Below the pieces are notes generated by a model. The model did no database searches. It was not told where the DNA came from and worked only from the letters and a program-made list of their open reading frames with translations. From positions 1-25,616 of the IMG/VR virus record IMGVR_UViG_3300000756_000046: a stretch of DNA of 25,616 nucleotides. The stretch is one strand, 5' to 3'. Below, in pieces: positions 1-7,346 of this stretch (position 1 is the first letter of the stretch; each line of letters starts with the position of its first letter). Position numbers and translations under genes: made by a program. The DNA is from a virus (Duplodnaviria; Caudoviricetes).

Positions 1-131
1 CGCTTACTAGATGTTTTAGCAGTAGCTTCTTTGGCACCTGTTGCTTTACCCATATACGCAGATACATCTTCGGCACGCAACCAAGCGCCAAACTCTTTCC
101 ACATTTGTGCATTGCTTTTTGGTGTAGCCAT
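1..131 (-). CDS. Small basic hypothetical protein, 3'-truncated by the window edge; shares a motif with 134..364 (not in ORF track)
   Basis: ATG at 131, 2 nt after the stop of 134..364. Manual translation MATPKSNAQMWKEFGAWLRAEDVSAYMGKATGAKEATAKTSSK... is open to position 1 and shares QMWKEFGxWLRAxDV with the upstream ORF. Confidence 0.8.
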   Translation of the reverse strand, partial: MATPKSNAQMWKEFGAWLRAEDVSAYMGKATGAKEATAKTSSK

Positions 132-133
132 GA

Positions 134-364
134 TTAATAATTCTTATTAATAACGCTGCGTGGTGGCTTTGGCTTTGCCTTACTAGAACCCTTAGGTCCT
201 TCACCGCCACCGTACTTGCCCATCAACGCTGACTTGCGTGAAGCAGCAGCATTACCCTGTTGTTTTGCATTGCCCTTAACATCGCTTGCGCGAAGCCAAC
301 GACCGAACTCTTTCCACATTTGTTCCATTGTCTTTCCGTCTGAATTTGGAGGTAACTTTGCCAT
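134..364 (-). CDS. Small basic hypothetical protein (76 aa) with QMWKEFGRWLRASDV motif
   Basis: AAAGGA Shine-Dalgarno-like sequence upstream of the ATG; K/G/A-rich tail; motif repeated in the next ORF. Confidence 0.8.
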   Translation of the reverse strand: MAKLPPNSDGKTMEQMWKEFGRWLRASDVKGNAKQQGNAAASRKSALMGKYGGGEGPKGSSKAKPKPPRSVINKNY

Positions 365-388
365 TATTTTGTCCTTTGTTTGGTTGAA

Positions 389-574
389 TTATTCAACATC
401 TTTATTGTGCGATTCTATGTGTGTAAAAAGTCTTGTGTCAAGCGTTTCTACCTTAGTTTCTATACGTTCCAAAACTACCATATTGTCACCGTGTTGTTTG
501 GTGTTCCGTCGATCAAATCTGGCTAATAACCACATAAGCGGCCCACCAATTAAGGCGACGGCTATTAACTCCAT
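389..574 (-). CDS. Single-TM membrane protein with C-terminal coiled coil; putative holin/lysis accessory
   Basis: Hydrophobic N-terminus LIAVALIGGPLMWLLA, then heptad-like LERIETKVETLDTRL; TAATG overlap with the upstream gene; lies downstream of the endolysin. Confidence 0.65.
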   Translation of the reverse strand: MELIAVALIGGPLMWLLARFDRRNTKQHGDNMVVLERIETKVETLDTRLFTHIESHNKDVE

Positions 575-834
575 TAGATAACGTCTTTAGCCTTAGTTGG
601 AAGAAAAGCCTCGTTAATTTCTTCTTTAGTAAGTTTGCCATCAAGAGCTGCTCGCGCAAGCCGTTCGATAACCTGAGCACAAGCGGCTAAACCGGCGAGT
701 GCAGCGGACTGTAAAACGGAAATATCTTGTGTTGTAAAGGCGTTCAAAACTGATGAACCACCAATAATACCAAGTGCTGAAGTTAGGAAAGTAGCGACAA
801 TACGCCCAAAAATGTCAGTAAGTTTGCTTTTCAT
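574..834 (-). CDS. Two-TM membrane protein, putative holin
   Basis: Hydrophobic segments IVATFLTSALGIIGG and VLQSAALAGLAACAQVI; charged C-terminus DGKLTKEEINEAF; lysis-cassette position. Confidence 0.65.
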   Translation of the reverse strand: MKSKLTDIFGRIVATFLTSALGIIGGSSVLNAFTTQDISVLQSAALAGLAACAQVIERLARAALDGKLTKEEINEAFLPTKAKDVI

Positions 835-846
835 TAGAGTTTCTTT

Positions 847-1014
847 CTATTGTTGTTCGTCATCTTTAATAAGATTTGAGATAATAAAGAATAATGTAGC
901 AGATACGGAGATAATAATACCGTATTTTTGTGTGTCCCCCGATAAAGTAATAAGTACCAAAAGTAGTCCTGCTATCATAACACCTACTTCAAATAACAAT
1001 TTTGATGGTTTCAT
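847..1014 (-). CDS. 55-aa two-TM membrane protein (not in ORF track)
   Basis: ATGA overlap with the stop of 1011..2132. Translation MKPSKLLFEVGVMIAGLLLVLITLSGDTQKYGIIISVSATLFFIISNLIKDDEQQ; fills the gap to 574..834. Confidence 0.8.
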   Translation of the reverse strand: MKPSKLLFEVGVMIAGLLLVLITLSGDTQKYGIIISVSATLFFIISNLIKDDEQQ

Positions 1015-2132
1015 TTTGTTTTCTTTCTACTGGATATAGGGGTGGTTATTCCGATTGCGGCGATTGCGGCGGTTACTGTGCGCCTGGTTGAGACAGGTAT
1101 CGCTGAACCGAGAGGGATGTAGGTGTCGAATGTGCCGTCAAAAACGTTGATTTCTTCCTCAAAAGCTTCTCGTACTTCAGGAGGTGCTTCTTGGACTGCC
1201 TCAATGATTTCGGCTGCTTGTTCAGGGGTTAAATCTTCTACGATAATGGCATCAAATATTTCTGTGGCTTCACTAGCAGTGGCTACGGCAAGAACTTCAG
1301 GGTTGGTAGCGTAAGCAACCGCTATTTCGGGTTCTAAGGCTTCCCCTTCAACAATGGGGGGCAATGTCGTAGTTGTGGTTTCGGGGGCCGTAGGAGGCGT
1401 TGTAGAGGGTTCTGAAGGCAGTTCAGGTGCGGTTGTTGTAGGTGTGTCCGTTGTCGTCGGTGCTATCGTAGTCACAGGAACAATTGTCGTGGGAGCACTT
1501 GTTGATGTGGTCGGCGGGTTTGTGACAGGCACAGTCGTTGTTGGGACAATGGTAGTAGAGGTCGTTGTCGGGGCTATGGATTCCGTAGTTGGCGGCCATG
1601 TCGGTTCCTCTGGTAACGTTGTCGTAGGCAATTCTGCTTGGGTCGTCGTCGTAGATACTTCGGCTGGTAGCGATGTTGTCACCTCAGTTGTCGTAGTAGG
1701 GACTTCGGTTGTCGTAGTAGGGACTTCGGTTGTCGTAGTAGGGACAGTTTGCAAACCGTCATAATACAATTCATATTGAACATTCCAAACCCCTGAAGAA
1801 TCTGATCGCCAAACATCGGGTTCGTAACAACAGGTTGATGCTCGAAGGCGATACCGCCCCGCAAGAATCCACATATCAATATTTGATTGCAAACCATAAA
1901 AGTCGTCGTTAGTAAATATTAACTCACCGGACTCTGTATATAACCAAAGTTGAGGATCGGAAGGCAAGTTACCTGACTGATATGTTCGTGCCACAAAATG
2001 TGTCGGTTCAGAGTAGTCAAACCAAAAATCTGTGGGATGGTCAACAATCACTGTTGCCTCAGCTTTTGCAGCGGTATCAAAAAATGATAGTAACATCACA
2101 ACTAAAATTGCTAGTTGTGGAATACGTTTCAT
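1011..2132 (-). CDS. Secreted/surface protein: signal peptide, PPC-like beta domain, Thr/Pro-rich mucin-like stalk, acidic helical region, C-terminal hydrophobic+basic tail
   Basis: MKRIPQLAILVVMLLSFFDTAAKA|EA signal peptide with AxA site; DPQLWLY...NDD motif; many PTTT repeats; ends RRTVTAAIAAIGITTPISSRKKTK; ATGA coupling to the endolysin. Confidence 0.8.
   Translation of the reverse strand: MKRIPQLAILVVMLLSFFDTAAKAEATVIVDHPTDFWFDYSEPTHFVARTYQSGNLPSDPQLWLYTESGELIFTNDDFYGLQSNIDMWILAGRYRLRASTCCYEPDVWRSDSSGVWNVQYELYYDGLQTVPTTTTEVPTTTTEVPTTTTEVTTSLPAEVSTTTTQAELPTTTLPEEPTWPPTTESIAPTTTSTTIVPTTTVPVTNPPTTSTSAPTTIVPVTTIAPTTTDTPTTTAPELPSEPSTTPPTAPETTTTTLPPIVEGEALEPEIAVAYATNPEVLAVATASEATEIFDAIIVEDLTPEQAAEIIEAVQEAPPEVREAFEEEINVFDGTFDTYIPLGSAIPVSTRRTVTAAIAAIGITTPISSRKKTK
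1687..1745. repeat. Perfect 21-bp coding tandem repeat (~2.8 copies; VPTTTTE)
   Basis: gttgtcgtagtagggacttcg at 1687-1707 and 1708-1728, with a partial copy at 1729-1745. Confidence 0.95.
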
Positions 2133-2710
2133 CTAAGATCTAAATCAGGAAAGCCCTCTATTGCTTCAACGACAGCCTGTGGCAATGTATCGCCAGCAAA
2201 ATACTGGAGATGCCATGCTTCAAAATTCTTGTCTTTTGAGTCAGACACTTGCCAACTGAACCCATACTTTAAAGCGTTACAGGTAAGGAAACCGTCGCCA
2301 AGCAACCACTTCAAACGGTCACCACTAGCAGAGGCCACGTCAATGGCGATTCCAAAACCATGATTACTGGTTCCGGGGGTACCGGCAGGAGCCATACCCT
2401 TCTTCAGATACCAAGTCTTACCACCCATAGTACGAGTTACTTGTGGCACTCGACCTGTTTGTGTAGTTGAATACCGTTGTGCAAATAAAGCTTTCTGTGC
2501 TGTCAACGGTCTGTATGCACCCACATGTTTACTGAGGTCTATACCATCAAAGTATGCGGCTAGTTGCATTGCTGACCATGCTGTTGCGGCGTGTGCTTCT
2601 AGTTGGCCTCCACCTTTGACAGGTCGTAGGAGTGTGTCGGGTAGTTCACCGTTTGTGAAGCCTTTAAGTTTTGTTGGCATGATGATTGGCAGTACGGGGT
2701 ATGTTGTCAT
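2129..2710 (-). CDS. Endolysin, peptidase M15 (VanY-like Zn metallopeptidase)
   Basis: YRxxxxQ (AYRPLTAQ), SxHxxGxAxD (PGTSNHGFGIAID) and ExWH (EAWH) motifs; AGGAG RBS; lies after the tail genes and before the membrane proteins. Confidence 0.9.
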   Translation of the reverse strand: MTTYPVLPIIMPTKLKGFTNGELPDTLLRPVKGGGQLEAHAATAWSAMQLAAYFDGIDLSKHVGAYRPLTAQKALFAQRYSTTQTGRVPQVTRTMGGKTWYLKKGMAPAGTPGTSNHGFGIAIDVASASGDRLKWLLGDGFLTCNALKYGFSWQVSDSKDKNFEAWHLQYFAGDTLPQAVVEAIEGFPDLDLR

Positions 2711-2719
2711 ATTTTTCTC

Positions 2720-3688
2720 CTATGAATAAACCAATGTTACTAGACCGCTATAATCTGTTAAACCTCGCAAGAAACCAACGCCTGTGCTGTGTGCAGTCAA
2801 AGCGAAACCTTGACCGTCACCGTCACCAATGTTTGCTAGTTGCGATGCATCCAAAGCAAGATAAGCGGAAGCGTCATTGCCTGATAACGATTGAGTCAAT
2901 GTCGTTCCAATTGTTGTGATTGCTCCGCTTTTTGTGCCTGAACCATGCATTTTAATTGAGAATGTTCCACTGTTACCTCTGTTTGGATCGGATGCGCCTG
3001 CACGCTTTAAGAATATTGTTCCGCTATCAGGATCCCATGCGGTAAAGTTGTCGTTAGTAAAAGTTCCAGTGCCGTAGAACCAAGCACCATACGCTTTTGT
3101 CGTAGAAACTCCAACTACGCCTTCATCTGATGCTGTGTAGTTATTCCAAGCCGTGTTACCGATGTTACGAGAGTCTGCTGTAACGGGGGCATACGTGTAT
3201 GTTCCTTTTGGCTTGGTGTAATGATTGGCTGTAAAAGAGCCTGTAGTTGTGTTACCAGCATTATCAGTAGCAAAAATATGATACTTGACTCGCCAAGTTT
3301 CACCAGTTGGAGTGTTACGTTGAGCATTTGGAATAGTAAATGTATAACTACCACCATTACTAGGAGCATTCATAACAAAAAAACCTCCAGCAACAGTACC
3401 ACTAATAGAACCTGTAAAGGTCTGATAAACTGTTGCTGAAAGAACACCTGATTCAGAGTCCGTTACTGCTGACCATGTAACATAATCTTGAGTTCCACTA
3501 AACGGAGCAACAACAGGAGTAGTAACAGTCGGTCCAGTATTATCATACTGATACACTTGTTGCCAGTTACCAGATACTTTGGCATATATGTTTGTAGCAC
3601 CTTGCCAATTACCAGATACTTTGGCATATGGCCTATCAGTACCAGTGAGTTCTTGCCATGTTCCAGAAACTTTAACGTGTGTGGGCAT
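2720..3688 (-). CDS. Tail fibre tip / receptor-binding protein
   Basis: Three N-terminal KVSGxWQ repeats; Ig/FN3-like middle (DNTGPTV...YHIFATDNAGN); G/S/T-rich C-terminal beta domain; TAATG-coupled to the upstream fibre gene. Confidence 0.7.
   Translation of the reverse strand: MPTHVKVSGTWQELTGTDRPYAKVSGNWQGATNIYAKVSGNWQQVYQYDNTGPTVTTPVVAPFSGTQDYVTWSAVTDSESGVLSATVYQTFTGSISGTVAGGFFVMNAPSNGGSYTFTIPNAQRNTPTGETWRVKYHIFATDNAGNTTTGSFTANHYTKPKGTYTYAPVTADSRNIGNTAWNNYTASDEGVVGVSTTKAYGAWFYGTGTFTNDNFTAWDPDSGTIFLKRAGASDPNRGNSGTFSIKMHGSGTKSGAITTIGTTLTQSLSGNDASAYLALDASQLANIGDGDGQGFALTAHSTGVGFLRGLTDYSGLVTLVYS
3560..3679. repeat. Three imperfect coding repeats (KVSGxWQ), spaced 42 and 51 nt
   Basis: ttaccagatactttggcatat occurs twice 42 nt apart; a third, diverged copy begins near 3653. 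Confidence 0.85.
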
Positions 3689-4542
3689 TAGTATTCAAAC
3701 CAAATATCGCCATCTGCGCCACCAGAAGGACCTGATGAAGAGATTGTAATAAGTTTATTGTTGCCAGATTGTGTAGTAAATACACCATCAAGTTTTGTTG
3801 CAGCAATATTTGCGGCACTATTAATATCTGAGTTAACAATTGTATCAGAAACAATGTTTGCTGAGGCAACAGTGATTGCTGTAGGTAAAGCACCAGTATC
3901 TAACTTAGACAGTGCAATAGCAGCAGTACCACTAATATCTGCATCAAGAATTGTTCCGTTAACAATGTTTGCGGAAGCAACCGTGATCGCCGTAGGTAAA
4001 GCTCCGGTAGCCAACTTGGATAATGCAATAGCTGCAGTCGTGCTGACTTGAGTATCTGTTACTGCTTGCGCTGCAATACCTGCAGTATTGATTTGTTGCC
4101 AAACAATGCCATTAGTAGCCGTTGAATCAGCAACCAATGTGTAACCATTAGTTCCAGCAGGCAATGTAACCGTTGTACTCGCAGTACGAGTTACAAGAGA
4201 ACCTTTAGTTGCCTGCAAATTGACGTATCGATTGGCTTGAACCAATGTATATGCATCCAAACAATGATTAACCGTAGAACCATTTACATGGTTTTGAGAA
4301 GTTGTTCCATCATATCCTTTTTCAAGAATTGTTAAAGTGTTGGAAGTTCTACTACCAATTAACATCTTTTCTTCATCAGCAAGACCTCTAGAAATAACCA
4401 CAACAAATGGCCCACTAGAACCATCTGGAAACGTAGAACCACTAGAAACAGTCAATGAAGTATTTGCAATACTATAAGCATTACTTAAAGTTGTTTCAAT
4501 AGAAGAACCTTTGTAATCTTTTAATATATATTCATTTGCCAT
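3688..4542 (-). CDS. Proximal tail fibre protein
   Basis: N-terminal E..TLT..GYDGT..H beta module; LPAGTNGYTLVADSTATNGIVW fibre-type motif; repeated shaft (AAIALSKL); ends in PSGGADGDIWFEY, typical of phage fibres; AGGAG RBS. Confidence 0.8.
   Translation of the reverse strand: MANEYILKDYKGSSIETTLSNAYSIANTSLTVSSGSTFPDGSSGPFVVVISRGLADEEKMLIGSRTSNTLTILEKGYDGTTSQNHVNGSTVNHCLDAYTLVQANRYVNLQATKGSLVTRTASTTVTLPAGTNGYTLVADSTATNGIVWQQINTAGIAAQAVTDTQVSTTAAIALSKLATGALPTAITVASANIVNGTILDADISGTAAIALSKLDTGALPTAITVASANIVSDTIVNSDINSAANIAATKLDGVFTTQSGNNKLITISSSGPSGGADGDIWFEY
3850..4038. repeat. 111-nt (37-aa) period internal duplication in the fibre shaft
   Basis: TAAIALSKLxTGALPTAITVASANIV is encoded at 3850-3927 and 3961-4038 with mostly synonymous differences. 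Confidence 0.9.
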
Positions 4543-4551
4543 AATAATCTC

Positions 4552-6372
4552 CTAAACGGTTGTCAATTTTAATACTAATATTCCCTCAAATAAACCATGA
4601 ACATCCTGCCATGCGTCAGTTGAAAATTCAAAAGCTTCAATTCGTACTCTAACTGACGTTTCGCCTTCGGCGTACGATATAGGTTGTTTTGTAATCCATA
4701 AATCTCTTAAATAGTTAAATTCTTCCTCAGTATTCATTGAAAATATCTGGCCACTTGAATCATTAATAACTGTTTTACTATAAAGCAAAATTGGAATAAT
4801 AATGTTTTCGACAGCAGGAGGAACCGGATAAGCCCTAATTCTCCATTTTTTAACTTTTGGAGTAAGAGTAGAAGTTGTAGTTTGAAGGGTAAGTTGTACT
4901 TTGAAAAAAGTTGAATTCTCGCCGTTTAATTCAACAGTACCAGAAGATAAACCAGGGTTAGTCATTGATAATTCGTTTAAAACTGAGTCATATTCATCTA
5001 AAATTGATATTTTACAAGAAGTTCCAGACACCAATGCATCTGCAGTGATAAAAGAATCCATGATTGTTTTAGGTTCAATAGTGCCAAAATAAACATTACT
5101 TGAATTCAAAACACCTTCAGCAACATATTCTGTAGCACTCTCAACAGCAATACCCTGATTGGTAATTCCTAAAACAATACGATCAAGAAAACGACCAACA
5201 GCAGAACACTGTACGCCAGCAGTTGAATAAACATCTGTTGCATAAGCAGGTTCTAAGGCATTAACCGTTGTAGCAAGATTTAAACGACCAGCACCAGATT
5301 TGGTTGCATCAATATTGCTCCAGTTAAACCACACATACTTACCGTCAGCCTGCGCCGAACTTACTTCACCAGGCGTATCAATTAACGGGCCGTAAGAAAT
5401 AGATCCATCTGCCCCAACGTTGCCTATTCGTATACCTCGATTAGTACACAACACCACAATGCCCACATGACTAAGAACAAAGTTAATTATCTCGCCATAG
5501 GACAAAGATGTAACTTCTGCGCCCAAAACCAAGCCGCCGGAACTATTAATTGTAAAACCATAAATTTCAGATTTAATACCACTAACCCCACCAACAAATA
5601 TTTTACTACCTACAGCAAAAGCAGTTTTCCAAACAAAATTTTGTTGAAAATGTGTATATATTATAGTTCCTACATTTGAAGAATCAATATTGTATAAACT
5701 TCTACCAATAGAACCAAGTAAATAATTTCCCACAATCCAAATAGAATCATAAATTAATGCAGAACTTCTTAATGCAGCAACAGAACTGGTTCCAGGAATT
5801 CTCCAAAAACCAGTTGAAGTAGCTACCCAACAAGCCGAACCATCAGAAGTAATACTATAAATAGTTCCAGTAAATCCAGTGACTACAGACCAACCAGAAA
5901 GATTACTTGATCTATAAATTGCTAATGAATCTGCAACATAAATAGCACTCGAAGTAACAGCGATGTATACAGTGCCGTTAGTAATAGGTAATGTTACAGA
6001 TGAAACAAGATCTGTTTTATGCAGCAACCTTAAACCGTTACTCCAAATGTCTACACCAACACTATTTAAAAAACGTTTTTGATCAGCATCTTCGCCTAAA
6101 TCGTAATTTAGTTGGCCAGCTCCGTGAGAGTAATCGTGACTGTATCTAAACCAAGCGCCTTCAGTGCTAAACAAAGAATCATCTAGTTGATTAGTGGATG
6201 CAGTGGAATCTCGAAACGGAGAAGCACTTGATCGCTTGTAAGACTTTAGATCCAGGGCATAAGTATGTTCAGCAAGACTAATAGTATTGGGAATAACATT
6301 TACTTGAGATTGCGTACCTGTAAAAAATACAAATGGTTGATAACCAATATTTGCAGAAATAGTAAAAGTCAT
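4552..6372 (-). CDS. Putative tail nozzle / tail tubular protein B-like beta-rich protein
   Basis: ~606 aa of short beta-strand repeats (YIAVTSSAIYVAD, IYSITSDGSACWVAT); follows the adaptor. Start moved to ATG 6372 because it forms an ATGA overlap with the upstream stop. Confidence 0.65.
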   Translation of the reverse strand: MTFTISANIGYQPFVFFTGTQSQVNVIPNTISLAEHTYALDLKSYKRSSASPFRDSTASTNQLDDSLFSTEGAWFRYSHDYSHGAGQLNYDLGEDADQKRFLNSVGVDIWSNGLRLLHKTDLVSSVTLPITNGTVYIAVTSSAIYVADSLAIYRSSNLSGWSVVTGFTGTIYSITSDGSACWVATSTGFWRIPGTSSVAALRSSALIYDSIWIVGNYLLGSIGRSLYNIDSSNVGTIIYTHFQQNFVWKTAFAVGSKIFVGGVSGIKSEIYGFTINSSGGLVLGAEVTSLSYGEIINFVLSHVGIVVLCTNRGIRIGNVGADGSISYGPLIDTPGEVSSAQADGKYVWFNWSNIDATKSGAGRLNLATTVNALEPAYATDVYSTAGVQCSAVGRFLDRIVLGITNQGIAVESATEYVAEGVLNSSNVYFGTIEPKTIMDSFITADALVSGTSCKISILDEYDSVLNELSMTNPGLSSGTVELNGENSTFFKVQLTLQTTTSTLTPKVKKWRIRAYPVPPAVENIIIPILLYSKTVINDSSGQIFSMNTEEEFNYLRDLWITKQPISYAEGETSVRVRIEAFEFSTDAWQDVHGLFEGILVLKLTTV

Positions 6373-7271
6373 ACGAATCTCAAAGGATATTGCCAACGCA
6401 AGCGATCTATTTCCTCTGCTTTTCTACGAACATAAAGAGGATAAATACGTACTGCTTCGTCAGAAGCCGACTTAGGTGGTACTTCTTCTGCGCGTCGAGG
6501 AACATCCTGAGCGTTTCGAGCAGACCTACCGACCTCAGAATCTCCAAGCAATCGCCATTTAATACCCATATCTAGCACATCAAGCATACTTGGCTTCAAA
6601 CCAATATCTTCAACCAGATCGGCCGACCAACTAATTGAATCTACATCAAGAGGTGCAGCAGCAACAAAATATAGAAAACCTGTATAGACGGGTGGGAACA
6701 TACGAAATAACACACCAGATGAAGGGCCATTAGCCCAAGAACCAGCCACACCACGTACCAACCTACCTTCAGCTCGTGCCCAAGCAGTTGTATTATTGAC
6801 AGTCCAATTACGACGAACTTCAACTAAACCAAAAATATCTTTCCATGATTGAGGAAGATTGATTGTCTCAACGCCATCAACGACTGTTTCCTGTCGCGCA
6901 ATCGTTCTATATAGATCCGGACCCCAAGCAGTTAACTCATCAATCAAAGCCTCATAGATAGCCAAACCACTAAATCGTGGATTGATATGAACTTCATCAC
7001 CAATGCTATGAGAAATAGCATCAGAGCCGTTCCATCCACGCAGAACTGTTGCAGTCTTGGCAACACGATCCACGCTCATAACACGCATTTCTTCATTTGC
7101 AATAGACAAAACAGCACCAAGAACAATTGATGCTGAGAGATCATAAGTTAAAACAACTGCAGTTGCAGAAGGAGTAAGCGCAGTATCTAAAGTATTTACT
7201 TCGTATCGAAAAGAAGAAGCTAATTGCCTCTTTACTCTCTGTACTGCTGAACTAACTAGGCTACGAGACAC
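6369..7271 (-). CDS. Putative head-tail adaptor / tail tubular protein A-like
   Basis: First gene after the capsid gene; GTG start with AAAGGA RBS; helical termini with an inserted beta module (NEEMRV...TATVLRGWNGS...H). Confidence 0.65.
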   Translation of the reverse strand: MSRSLVSSAVQRVKRQLASSFRYEVNTLDTALTPSATAVVLTYDLSASIVLGAVLSIANEEMRVMSVDRVAKTATVLRGWNGSDAISHSIGDEVHINPRFSGLAIYEALIDELTAWGPDLYRTIARQETVVDGVETINLPQSWKDIFGLVEVRRNWTVNNTTAWARAEGRLVRGVAGSWANGPSSGVLFRMFPPVYTGFLYFVAAAPLDVDSISWSADLVEDIGLKPSMLDVLDMGIKWRLLGDSEVGRSARNAQDVPRRAEEVPPKSASDEAVRIYPLYVRRKAEEIDRLRWQYPLRFV

Positions 7272-7285
7272 AATTGATCCTTTCT

Positions 7286-7332
7286 AATAAGCAAGAAGCA
7301 GGGACCGCTGGAGGGGGTACGGCCCCTGCTTC
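7286..7332 (-). terminator. Intrinsic terminator-like hairpin after the major capsid gene
   Basis: Minus-strand RNA GAAGCAGGGGCCGU-ACCCCCUCCA-GCGGUCCCUGCUUC forms a 14-bp stem with two G-U pairs, followed by an imperfect U tract (UUGCUUAUU). Confidence 0.7.
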
Positions 7333-7346
7333 CTACATCAATTGGA

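Noticed and set aside
1687-1745. Possible CRISPR-like array
   Set aside because: Units are head-to-tail with no spacers and are in-frame coding repeats.
1354-1764. Plus-strand Val/Gly-rich 136-aa ORF
   Set aside because: Antisense shadow of the Thr/Pro codons of 1011..2132; no independent support.
2720-4542. Diversity-generating retroelement TR/VR pair in the fibre genes
   Set aside because: Repeat differences are synonymous third-position changes rather than adenine-specific; no reverse transcriptase in the window.
6373-6396. ORF-track start at 6396 for the nozzle-like gene
   Set aside because: ATG at 6372 gives the ATGA overlap used elsewhere in this window and avoids a 28-nt overlap.
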